A stretch of DNA of 63,204 nt, counting the filler, from Reclinomonas americana ATCC 50394 (taxonomy: Eukaryota): the NCBI GenBank assembly GCA_048213135.1. It is 5 parts of 2 records of this genome, joined end to end, with 100 filler letters (N's around TTAATTAATTAA, not from the genome) between each part and the next. Parts side by side here need not be neighbours in the genome. Positions count along the whole stretch, not along the records: positions 42,630 to 53,839 come from PS015749.1; positions 53,940 to 63,204 come from PS015749.1; 3 more parts are not named here. One strand, written 5' to 3'. The translations under genes were made by a program, and so were the position numbers. How positions within the stretch are numbered: the first letter of the stretch is position 1; each line of letters opens with the position of its first letter. The notes under the pieces are model-generated. The model saw nothing but the letters and a program-made list of their open reading frames with translations. It made no database searches and had not been told where the DNA came from. Positions 50,270-63,204 of the stretch are shown one piece after another.

Positions 50270-53200
50270 NNNNNNNNNNNNNNNNNNNNNNNNNNNNNNN
50301 NNNNNNNNNNNNNNNNNNNNNNNNNNNNNNNNNNNNNNNNNNNNNNNNNNNNNNNNNNNNNNNNNNNNNNNNNNNNNNNNNNNNNNNNNNNNNNNNNNNN
50401 NNNNNNNNNNNNNNNNNNNNNNNNNNNNNNNNNNNNNNNNNNNNNNNNNNNNNNNNNNNNNNNNNNNNNNNNNNNNNNNNNNNNNNNNNNNNNNNNNNNN
50501 NNNNNNNNNNNNNNNNNNNNNNNNNNNNNNNNNNNNNNNNNNNNNNNNNNNNNNNNNNNNNNNNNNNNNNNNNNNNNNNNNNNNNNNNNNNNNNNNNNNN
50601 NNNNNNNNNNNNNNNNNNNNNNNNNNNNNNNNNNNNNNNNNNNNNNNNNNNNNNNNNNNNNNNNNNNNNNNNNNNNNNNNNNNNNNNNNNNNNNNNNNNN
50701 NNNNNNNNNNNNNNNNNNNNNNNNNNNNNNNNNNNNNNNNNNNNNNNNNNNNNNNNNNNNNNNNNNNNNNNNNNNNNNNNNNNNNNNNNNNNNNNNNNNN
50801 NNNNNNNNNNNNNNNNNNNNNNNNNNNNNNNNNNNNNNNNNNNNNNNNNNNNNNNNNNNNNNNNNNNNNNNNNNNNNNNNNNNNNNNNNNNNNNNNNNNN
50901 NNNNNNNNNNNNNNNNNNNNNNNNNNNNNNNNNNNNNNNNNNNNNNNNNNNNNNNNNNNNNNNNNNNNNNNNNNNNNNNNNNNNNNNNNNNNNNNNNNNN
51001 NNNNNNNNNNNNNNNNNNNNNNNNNNNNNNNNNNNNNNNGCTCCTCTCCGCCGCCCACGCCCTGCTCCACCTCGTGCGCTCTCAGTGCGTGCTGAGCGGG
51101 GTTGCCAGCTCCGCGGAGGTTCCGCTGAGTGGCAGCAATGTGGAGGAGGTGGCGGTGTGTGTGTGGCGAAATGGCGCGCAAACTCACAAAGGCGAGAAGG
51201 AGGAGGGCGTGGTGGTGGAGGCAAGAGCAGAGGGAGAGAGAGGCGGAGGAGAGGATGTGGGCTTTGGCGCGGGAGGCGCACCGCATCAGCAGAGTCGGTG
51301 AGTCACACACTTGCAAACAAACACTTGCTCCCTTCTCTTCTCTCTCTGTGTGTCTGCACTCTCTGTCTCTCTCTCTCTCTGTGCTTTACTCTGTGTGCTG
51401 TTTGTGAGAGAGAGCAAGTGTGTGCATTGTGTAATTGATTGGATTTCACTTGCTCTCTCTCTCTCTGTGTTTGTGTTCTTCTCTCTTTGTGTGTGTGCGT
51501 TTGTGTGTGTGCTTTTCTGTTTGTGTGCGTGGATTCTCTGTCTGTGTTGTTGTTCTCTCAGATGCGGGATTTCTCTTCCATTGTTGGTGCATTCGTGATT
51601 TTTCTTCCTTTTCGTGCTCTTCTCCTCCTCTTTTCCTCCACCTTCTCTCGCCTCCTTCTCTTGCTCCTCTTTGCTCGCTTTCTCCTCCTCCTCCTCCAGC
51701 TCCTCTCTGCTCTCTTCCTCATCCTTTCACTCTCTCCTCAATCTCGTCACTGCTGTCCAGCTGCTCTCACTCTCTTTTACTTGCCTCTGTCTTCTCCTCC
51801 TGCTCCTCTGCTGTTCTTCCTGTCCGCAGCTGCTCTTCGTCTCCATCTCCTCTGTGCTCTTCGCCGTCCTGTCACTCTCCTCCTCCTCTTCCTCCTCTTT
51901 TCCTCCAGCTTCTCTCCATTCTTTCGCCCCCTTCTCTTGCTCCTCTTTGCTCGGTTCCCTCCCCAGCTCCTCTCTGCTCTCTCTCTCTCTCATCCTTCCA
52001 CCCTTCCACCTTCTCCAGCTCCTCTCTGCTGTCCAGCTACTCACTCTTTCACTCGCCTCTTTCCTACTCTTCCTGCTCCTCTGCTGTTTCTTCGCTGCTC
52101 TCCTTCTCCGTTTCCTTTCTCTATCTCTCTCTCTCAGTCTCTCTCAGTCTCTCTCAGTCTCTCAGTCTATCTCAATCACTCCCTCTTCACCTCCCTTTCC
52201 AGTCTCACGTCCTCCTGTGCCTCCTCTCTCAAGTTCCGCTCTTTCTCTCATCCCTCTTCATCCACCACGCCATCCGCTTCGTCATGCTCCTCTCTCGCTC
52301 TCATTCTCCTTCTCACCCTTCACTCCTCTCTTACACTGCTCTCTTCCTCTTCTCCTCCCCCACTCATCTCTCTCTGGTGCAGCATCCTTATGAACCCGTC
52401 GTGGACTGGCGGTGGTCCTGGCGAGCGCAAGCTGCTGGCGTTGGACCTGGATGAGACGCTGATTCACGCCACGTTGCAGCCGCAGCAGCCGCATGACTTT
52501 GCTGTGCATGTGAGACTGACGCAGCCGGGTGAGTGTGCGCGCGAGGGGGGATGGTGGGGGAGGGGAAGGGAAGGGGAAGGGAGAGGGGATGATGACAGGA
52601 TGACGCACAGCGTTGTCGCTGTTGCGCTGAGAGTGAGTGACCGGCGATAGGGCTGTGTCTCTGTTACTTGGCGTGGCATTATTTCAAACTCTCTTTGTTT
52701 CTTTGCCTATTCTCTGAGTGAGAGAAACTCGGCGCAGAGTGTGTATTGCAGCTGAGAGAAACTGGCTGCTTGCATGTTTCTTCTCATCCTCCTTCGCTTT
52801 GTTTCTCTTGTTTGCTTCATCTTTGTTGCCCTGGAAGCCTATGCTGTGAGTATGTGTCTGCAGCTCAGAGAAACTGGCTTTGTGCCCATTTCGCTTACCT
52901 TCCTGTGCTTCCCTGATCGTGGTGCTCTGAGGGAGAGCAGTCTGGGCATGTGTCCTTCTTAGCTTGTGCCCCTGAGTGAGAACACGCGATGTTATGTGCG
53001 TTCCCCTCCACCTAACGCTCTGAGTATTTGTCCTTCCGTGTCGCCTTCCTTGTTTGTGCCCCTGGGTGAGAACCCGACGATGTGATGCGTGTTTCCTTCC
53101 CCTACACCTAACGCGCTGAGTATTTGTCCTTCCATGTCACCTTCCTTGTTTATACCCCTGAGTGGGAATATGGCGGTTGAAGAAAGCGCTTTGCCAGGGA

Positions 53201-53673
53201 ACCGTGCCTTTCCTATTCGTTCTGTCTTCGCTTCGTGCCCCTGGGGCGGTGTGCCACTGTGATTCGCAATCGTGCACCAGCAGACATGATGGGAGATACA
53301 AATCCTCTCTCTCTCTTCCTCTCTCTTTCCCACGGCGTGTGTCTGAAATTACCTGCGTCATGTGCGTCTACTTTCCGCATCGACGCGTGTCTACAGAATC
53401 TCCAACGCGTGCACATTCTTCCTTTCACTCGCCTCAAGTTCCTTCTCTCTCCCTCAAATCCTCCGTGCTCACAAGCGCCCCCGCACCCGCGCAGCTGCCA
53501 TGACCGTCCGCTTCCACGTATTTGTGCGACCACACTGCCGAGAATTCCTGCGCATTGTGTCGCAGTGGTACAGATTGTGCGTCTTCACCGCCGGCCAGCA
53601 GGAGTACGCTGATGCTGTGCTGGAAGGCCTTGGTGCCGAGAGCAAGCTGCTGAAGACGCGCTACTATCGTCAG
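50109..53673 (+). CDS. NIF/FCP1-homology HAD phosphatase, CTDNEP1(Dullard)/Nem1-like; 3' end lost at gap
   Basis: RKLLALDLDETLIHA (DxDxT) exon 52383-52528; FHVFVRPHCREFLRIVSQWYRLCVFTAGQQEYADAVL..RYYRQ exon ending at 53673. N-terminal hydrophobic stretch FTFTRLLSALLT..LLSAAHALLHLV spans the gap. The exon ending ~51297 splices in phase to 52383. Confidence 0.82.
52960..53170. repeat. ~92-bp tandem repeat (2+ copies), intronic
   Basis: gtgcccctgRgtgagaac...cacctaacgcNctgagtatttgtccttcc repeated. Confidence 0.75.
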
Positions 53674-53883
53674 GTGAGCGAAACGTGGAAGGATTGGATT
53701 GATTAAGAGGATGTTGAGGGCTCTCTTCTCTTGTGTCCATGCGTGTTTGTCACTTTCCCTTTGTCTATCCGTCTTCCTCTTTGTCTCCTGCTCGGTCTTC
53801 CCCCGTTCTCTTCCTATTATCTCTCCGTTCCCCTCCCCCNNNNNNNNNNNNNNNNNNNNNNNNNNNNNNNNNNNNNNNNNNNN

Positions 53884-53895
53884 TTAATTAATTAA
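53884..53895. other. artificial six-frame-stop contig linker
   Basis: TTAATTAATTAA flanked by 44-N runs. Confidence 0.95.
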
Positions 53896-54435
53896 NNNNN
53901 NNNNNNNNNNNNNNNNNNNNNNNNNNNNNNNNNNNNNNNACGGTTGTGCGAGAAGTGGGAGAAGGGGGAGAGGAGGAGAGAGGAGGGGGAAGGGAGTCGG
54001 GTGTGCAGTCTTGCAGTGGAGAGAGACGCTGGGTCGGCAGCTGCAACTGGATGATGGAGCTTGTCTCCTCAGGATTGTGGAGAGACGTGTCTGCAGGGAG
54101 TCACCATTCACGTTGCCGCCGCGCAACGTAGCTGTGCTGACGAAGGTGCCGGGTTGAGCTCTTCTTTCTCGAGAGGTGAGAAAATTGGTGGGTGGGAGGA
54201 GATGTGGATTGCCAATGGCACATCGTGGCGAATGCAAGTGAGCGGTCGACGAATGCAGTATCCTGCGTTCGACGCCACACAGGAAGAGGTACATCATTTG
54301 GAGCTTTGTTTTAGAACGGACTGATGGACAGACAAGCTCTCGAAGTCGGGGAGTGAAGCACAGACGGGAAGCTTCGCAGCTCAGCTATTATTCCGCACAT
54401 GCAGAGCTCTGCTGTTATGAGGGAAGACGGATAAT

Positions 54436-54503
54436 AATAGAAACTTCACTGATCCATACACAACAATGAGCATCTACCAGTGATCGCCAACAAGTCTCGT
54501 GTG
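54436..54503. repeat. 68-bp dispersed element, copy 2
   Basis: 64/68 identical to 8715-8782, same orientation. Confidence 0.85.
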
Positions 54504-55105
54504 CTTTCCTTCTACAACTAAAACTGTTTTAAGTGTGTTGTCGATGTTAAGAATAAAGCCCTATTCAGGACACACGGCCTCCAGGCCAGGAAGAAGACTT
54601 CGTCAGCAGTGACCACCAGAAGACGTCCATCGCAGTAACTACGAAGAAGACAAAGAGAAATTGATCATATCAAGAAGAACAGTGGGGCAAGCATTGGGAA
54701 ACTGTTACTTCTCTCAAACCACGCCCCCATGGCCATGAACAAGTTGCACTCCGGCCTGAATGTCCTTGAAAAGTCGAGTCGGAATGCAAAGGCGACGACT
54801 TGCAGCGACTCTTGCCTCACCATCCCCGTGCAGCTCGTCACAGCTCAACTTCTGGTGCATCAGCGCTGTAAGGCGAGACAAGACAAGACCTTCACTCTCG
54901 AACTCAAGGTCCGAGGAATGCATATGCAAACTAGCTTATAAAGTCCTCGACTTCGACTTCGACTTCCAGCGAGCTTTGCCTCACCAGCAAGCATTCTTGT
55001 AACTCGCTCAACTACTATTATACGCAGAGCTTTGTAGAGGCAAGATAAAGCCCTTCACACTCCGACAAACGTCCTCCTCGTGTGTCCTCCATCTCGCAGT
55101 CAGTC

Positions 55106-55400
55106 ATGCGCACTCACCTCCTCCTCCTCCTTCTCCTTCTCCTCACTCTCACGCCTCTCGCCCTCGCCTGCACGCCCTCAGGCAAAGGCTGTGCCATGTC
55201 TCCTTGGGCGCGACGCGGAGTGCCTCGCGATGCAGCATTCTCTGTGGATGATACCAACAATGAGGTCAACTTGACACACTTGGGAGCGGCGCATGGATGG
55301 CACATTGCGCGGAATGAGAGTCAAGTGTTTGGGGTGGGAAGCATCACGTCGTTGCGTGGAAAAGGGGAGGAAAAGGGGAGGAAAAGGGGATGAGAGATGA

Positions 55401-55452
<52 letters not shown>

Positions 55453-55704
55453 AGAAAGAGAGAGAGTGTGTGAATGAGAGCTAGAGTGAGAGAGGGAGCA
55501 TGAGAGAGGGACTGCATGCATGAGGCAGAGAACATGACTGTGAGAAATGACTGAGAGAGACAGACTGCAANNNNNNNNNNNNNNNNNNNNNNNNNNNNNN
55601 NNNNNNNNNNNNNNNNNNNNNNNNNNNNNNNNNNNNNNNNNNNNNNNNNNNNNNNNNNNNNNNNNNNNNNNNNNNNNNNNNNNNNNNNNNNNNNNNNTCT
55701 CGTC

Positions 55705-55777
<73 letters not shown>

Positions 55778-58513
55778 GGCAGAAAATGAAACTTGCATGA
55801 CGACTGTTCGGAAAAACCATTGCTTCGCTTGATTGTGCTCTTGAAGTCTGTCTCCTCACTGCCTACGTCTCTCACTCTCAAGTCTTTCCCTTCCTCTCGT
55901 GCATCTCCCTCGCTCACTGTCTCCCAGCTGAGAGACGTGACAGACAGATCTCTCTCTCTCTCTCTTTCCTCTTTACACACTGCAGTCTCTCACTTTGCTC
56001 TGTCTTCTCTCTCACTGCCTCCCTGACAGGAGAGAGAGAGAGAGAGAGAGCGAGAGCGAGAGCTGCTGATCTGCAGAGAGACATGCAGACTGAGAGAAAG
56101 AAACTTGCACGACGACTGTTCGGAAAACCATTGCATGTTTGCAGTCTAATGTTTCCCTTGATTCTGCTCCTCCGTCTCTTGTGTGGACTGTTGGAGAAGA
56201 TAGGAGTGGGCTCTCTCCCTACCATCCTTCGCCTTCGCGGTGCACTCGACACTGCTTGCAAGCCATACCTTGCTGTAGCACGATCCCTTTCCCTCTCCTT
56301 CCCTCACCCCCTTCCCCCTCTCGACAGCTACGCCGGCTACTTCCAAACCGACCCCGTCACCGACAACAACCTCTTCATGTGGTACTTCCCCGCGCAAAAC
56401 GGCGATGCCCACGCCCCACTCCTCATCTGGCTGCAAGGCGGGCCCGGCGGCGCCTCGCTCTTTGCCATCTTCACCGAGAGCGGTCCGTTCCGCTTGACGC
56501 CCGAGCTGCAGGTGCAGTCGAATCCCTCGTCGTGGAACACCAAGTACTCGATGATGTTTATCGACAATCCAGTGGGTGCTGGATTCAGTTAGTTGCGTGA
56601 CAAGAGAGGCGAGAGGAGAAAGCCGACTGCTAACGACTGCTGATGCGCAGCACATCCACCGAGGCCGGCTACGCTGTCAGCGAGGACGACGTCGCCGACA
56701 ACCTCTACTCGCTGTTGACACAGTTCTACAAGGTACGTTACAAACGAAGTCTATTGCTTTGCTGTGCTACACGCCGGCTTTCTGCTTCTTTATTTGCAAT
56801 GATCCTTCATGAAATTTTTGTCTCCTGCTCTCTCTCTCTCTCTTTTCTCTCTCTCCCCTCCTCCGTAGCCCTCCTATCCCAATTTCTCTGCTCTCCCCTC
56901 CTCTCTTCCAGTCTTCGATCGTTGCCCTTCCTCGACCCTGCATTCTCTTGTTGCTCTGTTCCATTCCCTCGTTCATATCCCCTGTCTGCGCTCTGCTCCG
57001 TTCTCGTGCCTTATTTGCTCCGTTCCTTCTTCCCTTGCACTTCACCTCGCCATTCGATGTTCTATTTCTGCTTCACACTTCTCATCCCGATCATTCCACT
57101 TATCTCCCTTTCCTTTCCCTCTCCTCTCGTTGCAGGTGTTCCCCGAGACCAGCACCGTGGACTTGTACATCACTGGCGAGAGCTACGCCGGTCACTACGT
57201 CCCCGCCTTTGCGTACCGCGTGCATCAGATGGTGTGTGCGTTTGCTTCCTTTCCCCTCCTTTTGTTCTCCCGCAGCCTCACCTTGTAGACGTCTTTGCAG
57301 AATCTGAGCGGCGCCAAGGTTCCGCTGAAGGGCCTCGCTATTGGCGACGGCTGGGTGGACCCCGTCAATCAGCTGGCCGGGTACCCGCAGCAGGTGAGTG
57401 AGACTGACCGATTCACTGCTCATGCATCGCGACCGACTCTCTTCTTTTCAGATGTACAACCTGGGTCTCGCCGACGAGAACGAACTCCAGCGACTCAACC
57501 AGTACGTGGCCTCCACAGTCAGCTTCATCAACCAGGGTCGCATGCTGGACGCCTTTACCGTGTGGGACGAGATGATCAATGGAGATGTAAGTGTCACGTG
57601 TACTCGCACACACAGGAGAGTGCTCTCACTCTCTTTCTCTCCCCCCCATCGCAGATTTACCCGTACCCCAACTACTTCCACAATGTGAGTTCTCGTACTT
57701 CTCGTTTGTCACTCTCCTTGCTCGCTGCCTCTCACCTTCTGCCGATGACCAGATCACCGGCAGCTACAACTACGACAACTTCTTGCGCGACGTGTCGCCA
57801 GCGGCCTACAGCTACTGGTATACGGTGCGTTCATCTCACAGCGATGTGCAAGCATATTCGAACATACACACTGAAAGCATTCCTCCGTGCAGTTCATGTC
57901 GCAGGCATCCGTGCGCAATGCCGTGCACGTTGGCTCTCGTCAGCTGCAGGACGGTCACCAGTGCGAGATTCACCTGCTGAAGGATTTCATGGTTTGTGAT
58001 TCGCTGATTATCGCAGACGCCTTCCTACTCACCCATCGTGTGCGCAGTTCTCCCTCGCCCCGCAGCTCATCACTCTCCTCAACGCCAACTACAAGGTCCT
58101 CATCTACAACGGCCAGGTGTGTTGTCCACCTTCACCCTTCTCATCTCCCCCCTTGTTCCTCACCGTCCTCTCCATCCGCAGCTCGACATCATCATCGGCG
58201 CACCGCTCACCGAGCTCTTCATCCCGAAGCTCCAGTGGAAGGGCCAGTCGGCGTATCAGACGGCCGACAAGATCGTGTGGCGCTGCCCCACGTGTGTGGC
58301 CAACAATCCGACCGCGGGCTTTGTGCGCGTGGCGCAGAATCTGACGCAGATTGTCGTGCGCGGTGCCGGCCACATTGCGCCCTTTGATCAGGTGCGTTTG
58401 GTGAAGGAGAAGAGTTGAGGGATTGCGCATCTCATCTTTCTCTCTCGTTGCAGCCGGAGCGCATGCTCGACTTGATGATCCGCTGGGTGGAGAACAAGTC
58501 GTGGAGCACATGA
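55106..58513 (+). CDS. serine carboxypeptidase, family S10 (CPVL-like), with signal peptide
   Basis: Signal peptide MRTHLLLLLLLLLTLTPLALA; SYAGYF, WLQGGPGGAS, FIDNPVGAGFSY, catalytic GESYAGHYVP, GLAIGDGWVDP, YNGQLDII (Asp), GAGHIAPFDQ (His); ends RWVENKSWST*. Confidence 0.95.
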
Positions 58514-59262
58514 AAACAAACACACGCNNNNNNNNNNNNNNNNNNNNNNNNNNNNNNNNNNNNNNNNNNNNNNNNNNNNNNNNNNNNNNNNNNNNNNNNN
58601 NNNNNNNNNNNNNNNNNNNNNNNNNNNNNNNNNNNNNNNNNNNNNNNNNNNNNNNNNNNNNNNNNNNNNNNNNNNNNNNNNNNNNNNNNNNNNNNNNNNN
58701 NNNNNNNNNNNNNNNNNNNNNNNNNNNNNNNNNNNNNNNNNNNNNNNNNNNNNNNNNNNNNNNNNNNNNNNNNNNNNNNNNNNNNNNNNNNNNNNNNNNN
58801 NNNNNNNNNNNNNNNNNNNNNNNNNNNNNNNNNNNNNNNNNNNNNNNNNNNNNNNNNNNNNNNNNNNNNNNNNNNNNNNNNNNNNNNNNNNNNNNNNNNN
58901 NNNNNNNNNNNNNNNNNNNNNNNNNNNNNNNNNNNNNNNNNNNNNNNNNNNNNNNNNNNNNNNNNNNNNNNNNNNNNNNNNNNNNNNNNNNNNNNNNNNN
59001 NNNNNNNNNNNNNNNNNNNNNNNNNNNNNNNNNNNNNNNNNNNNNNNNNNNNNNNNNNNNNNNNNNNNNNNNNNNNNNNNNNNNNNNNNNNNNNNNNNNN
59101 NNNNNNNNNNNNNNNNNNNNNNNNNNNNNNNNNNNNNNNNNNNNNNNNNNNNNNNNNNNNNNNNNNNNNNNNNNNNNNNNNNNNNNNNNNNNNNNNNNNN
59201 NNNNNNNNNNNNNNNNNNNNNNNNNNNNNNNNNNNNNNNNNNNNNNNNNNNNNNNNNNNNNN

Positions 59263-62200
59263 TTTCATGTGTCTTCGCTCCTCCTGGAATGGGAGAAGGA
59301 TGAGGGGAAGTGAGAGGAGTCCGAAGCAACTACTTTGTTGAGAAAGAGAGAAAAGTGACAAGTACCACTCTATTCTGCGAGGAAGACGAAGAGAGACAAA
59401 CATTCATTTTCTGAAAGAAGAAATACGAAAGCCAGTCACTCACAGACACAGTCTCTCTCTCGCTGAACAGAAGACACGAGAGAAGCTCCATAAAAACTAT
59501 CACTATAAGAGAGGAACAGTGGGACCATTTCTATTCCCAAGACGAAGGAAGGAAGACAACTGGAAAGAAGGTAAATTGCTTTTAGCGACAGAGCGCATAG
59601 AGTGACCAATGAATCTTCTCTGCGAAAGAGTCTCTCTGCGTGAAAGATAAAATGCAAGACGCGGAAAGAGTCTTCTGCGAGAAACAACAACGAGAGAAGC
59701 GAGCTGACGCTCTCCTTGAGAGTATCTCTCTCTTTCAGAAAGAAGAACTCATCCAACAAACTCTCTTTCTCATCTCGTGAGAAAGAAGAATAGAAAAGGA
59801 GAAGGGAGGAATGATCTCTGTGAGGAAGAAGATAGACCAGCCTTCCATTTCCCTCCCTGGCAGTCAGTGTGCAGTTCACAAGAAACGGCAATCTCACCTC
59901 CAAACGCCGATAGTCGGGCTGGAAGAAGAACATGAGCACCAGCGCAATGGCCAGCGTGCCGACAATGAACCACAGTGGTGCCGGAACGTAGCTGACGCTC
60001 TGCGTGTTGAACCCGTCTTCAGCAACACCGCAGCACCGTCCTCTCTCACCCACCACCACTCACGTTTTGTATCACCGACATGACGATAATGTAAATGATG
60101 CCAAACACTTGGCCAGAGAGGAACAGGAGGCCCGACGGAATGCCCTCAGGAATCGGGAAGGACACTTCCACAGAGGCCTCGAGGCACACGGGCAGCAGTG
60201 AGAGCGCACACAGGCCCAGGGCCGCGAAGCCAATGTAGAGGTAGGTTTTGAAGTCTGCCGAAAGGAGAAGGAAAGGGAGCAGGAATCAGTCAACCGAAAG
60301 TGAGCTGGCAGACGCTGCAACCACTACTGTGCATGCCAGCGTGTGCTTGTCTATGCTCGTCTCTCCCACACTTTCTCTGCATCTGCCTCTCGAATTCATC
60401 GTCTGTCTGAAACAGACAAACTGTGTCTGCTACTGAAAATGAACACTTCACTCGAAGGGTCAGATTCTTCTCGCCCATTCTCTCTGTCGCTGTACATTTG
60501 CCACTGTCGGCACTCCACCCGCGTTGGTATCATAGCTATATCTCTCTTTTCCTCACTCGCGCCCGCTGAGAACCTGCCTCTCGAATTCACAATCTGTGTG
60601 TGCCTGCGTGCGTATCATTCTGTCACTCTGCGTGCCAGCTTCTGAAGTCTCTGTTTCTACATCTCCACTTCCACCGTATCTATGTCGCTGCCATGATGTC
60701 TTGTTGCGTGACTCAATAGCTCCCTTTCCCTTCTCGAATTCACAGTCTGTCCGTGCGTTCGTGCGTATCATCCGTCATTCGACGCGTCTGCTTCTGAAGC
60801 CTCTGATTCTGCATCTCCGCTTCCTTTCTCTCTGTTTCTCCCACAGAATCTGTGTCGCTGCCATGATGTCTTGTTGCGTGGCTACATCGCTTTTTTCACG
60901 ACTTTGCTCTCGGCCAAGCCCTTCTGCCTGACCTTCTTCCCTCACGTTCTCCCTCTCACACTTTGATTGTCTTCCTTCGTCTCTGCCTCTCTCTCTCTCT
61001 CTCCTACTGCCAACGCGCTCCTCTGCCTTTCCCCCATCTCACACACACACACTCTCTCTCTCTCTCTCTCTCTCTCTGTCTTCTCACTCTCTCTCTTTTC
61101 TCCCTTTTCCTTCATCACACCCTTTCCGAACAACGCACTTTCTCGAATGAGGAAGCAAATGCCCGTGGCCAGCAACGTGGTGATGGCGTAGATGAGAATG
61201 ATCGCCGACTTGTACTTGCGACTGCGGTCGACGAGGTAGCCGACGGCACCTGAGCCGACAATACCCGCAAAGATCATGATGGAGCCGAAGAGGCCGCAGT
61301 CGTCGGAGGAGTAGCCGAGGGGTTCCAAGATCTGCGCACGCGGGTGAGAAGAGATGGGAGGGCGACAAAAGAGAAAGGCACACGCACTTGCAGCAGCACA
61401 GTGAGGAGGCCATTGAAGCATCCCATGCCAATGCCGAATGCTACAAACACAATCATAAAGTTTCGGTTCCTGAAAATCGTCTTGTACGACTCCTTGGCCG
61501 ACATGCGCAGTGTCAGCTGGGAGACCGACGGCGCAATCGGTGGGCTGTTCTGGAACGACACCAGAGAGAGCACGCAGGAGGCGAGGCTGATGACTGTGGT
61601 GGTGGCAAAGGGGTGAGTGGGGAGAGGAGGAGGAGGAGGAGGAGGAGAGGGGAAAGGACGCAACTGGCGAAAATCATGTCAAACATCGCAAAGCCGCTGT
61701 TTTCCTTGATGATGACGGGGGCGAGCACGTAGCCGACGGCGATGCCGAGGACGTTGGCAAGGGAGCCGACGGTGGTGGCAATGGTGCGTTCGTGCTGCGC
61801 GGAGGGGGAAAGGGGGAAGGGGGAGAGAGAAGAGGAAGAGAAAACGAATAGGTCAGAGATGACCGAGAGAGAAAGTAGATGGGTTTGGAGACGGTGTGCG
61901 TGAGAGAAACAGAAGCAAGAGAGACGGAGGAAGAGAGGGAGTTGTTGAAAATGAAGGTGTGTTGTGGGAGAATGATGGAAGAGCAGAAAGATGAACTTCA
62001 GAAGAAAGGAGCGTTCATGAGAGGTGAGACACAAACGATGAGAAAAAAGAGGACGAGGTTTGAAAGAAGGAGAGCTAAAGAGTGCGAATAGAGAAGGAGA
62101 AAGTATGAGAGAGAACGAGAGCATGTGGGAGGGGTTAAAAGGTTGTGATTGAATAAAGGAGTGCGTGAGAGAGAGAGAGACGAATAATTTGGAGCGCGTG

Positions 62201-62896
62201 AGACGTGAAATGAGCATGGAACAAAGAACAAGAGAGAGAGAGAGAGAGAGAGAAGCAGCAGCACACCGTGGAGAGAAGAAAACAGAACGAATGCAGCACC
62301 GTCCACTTTTCGCCTGCACGAAACTGGGGCAAACCACACAGCGGCCAACTTTGGCGGCGCAATCATGTACCACGGTTGCGCAAAGGCACACAGTGTTTGA
62401 CCTGTGCCATCATTCGACAGTGAGCGCGGTGTGTGGCGCCAGCAACACGCACCCTCACAACCACAAACCTGTCATGGCCACCCAGTACTGCGGTCCGAAG
62501 CGAGAAAAGTAGCGAACCCACGCACCAATCGCATTCGTGATGGACCCGAGCCACACCTGTCGGTGCGCAACAGGAGAGCACGCTGTGAGCAAGGCGCACG
62601 CCGAATGGGTGGAGTGAAGGGAAGAGAGAAACTCACGACTTTGCGCAAGCCCCAGCTGTCCATGGCCACCGACACCCAGAACGTCAGCGGCAGGCCGAGG
62701 ATCATGTAAATCATGGAGAAGAGGTTGATCTGCACGAGGCAAGTGAGCGCGCAAGAGAGGAAGGGTGCGTGGCTCGAGACGCACCCAAAAGTCCGACGTG
62801 TCAAAGTACTTCTCCGCCAGCGTCTGCACCGGTGCGTAGCTGATCCACAGAGTGGCGTTGGCGAAGTTGCCGACGGCAAGCAGGGTGAGCATCCAC
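59263..62896 (-). CDS. MFS transporter, SLC49 (FLVCR/MFSD7)-like; both termini incomplete
   Basis: NATLWISYAPV, MDSWGLRK, GQTLCAFAQPWYMIAPPKLAAVWFAP|HERTIATTVGSLANVLGIAVGY, ILEPLGYS, CLEASVEVSFPIPEGIPSGLL, FFQPDYRRLE. Confidence 0.92.
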
Positions 62897-62979
62897 CTGA
62901 CAAGGGGGGAAGGAGTGAGAAGGGTGGAGGGGGCAAGAGAGAGCGGAAGCGGAGAGAAGGAGACGCAAGGACGTGGAGT

Positions 62980-63204
<225 letters not shown>

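Noticed and set aside
51435..52380. 300-400-aa Leu/Ser-rich ORFs
   Set aside because: Stop-poor pyrimidine-rich intron of the phosphatase gene.
54714..55002. Faint cyclin-box-like words (KVE, VLDFDF...PH)
   Set aside because: They lie in different frames and are too short to support a call.
58388..59403. Long ORFs spanning N runs (also ~640-1560, ~34880-36370 and the minus-strand ORFs at ~50100-51316)
   Set aside because: Their length comes from undetermined bases.

Overview
Gappy eukaryotic draft scaffold, probably a unicellular eukaryote (lineage not identifiable from sequence alone). It is intron-dense, with many 55-80 nt introns and some long (GA)n/(CT)n-rich ones. Most ORF-track entries are shadows or low-complexity artefacts, so gene models were rebuilt by hand across splice junctions. 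Genes in order: PLAC8-family Cys-rich protein (-); large hypothetical protein (+); RasGEF with REM+CDC25 domains and N-terminal coiled coil (-); CREST/alkaline-ceramidase-like membrane hydrolase with an intron-free CDS (-); a giant single-pass surface protein with at least 27 cadherin-like repeats, mostly one per symmetric phase-1 exon, plus a Pro-rich tail (+); a second repeat protein with IPT/TIG-like units and several frameshifts (+); WD40 protein (-); ankyrin x2 + coiled coil + RLK/Pelle(IRAK)-type kinase (+); CTDNEP1/Nem1-like phosphatase with tandemly duplicated 5' end (+); S10 serine carboxypeptidase (+); SLC49/FLVCR-like MFS transporter (-). The most striking observations are the cadherin-like receptor lacking the usual Ca2+ motifs, the plant-RLCK-like kinase fused to ankyrins, and a recurrent atypical 5' splice site (non-G|GTTGCG) that looks like a one-base-shifted donor. 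Four N44-TTAATTAATTAA-N44 blocks are artificial contig linkers, so adjacency across them is not guaranteed.
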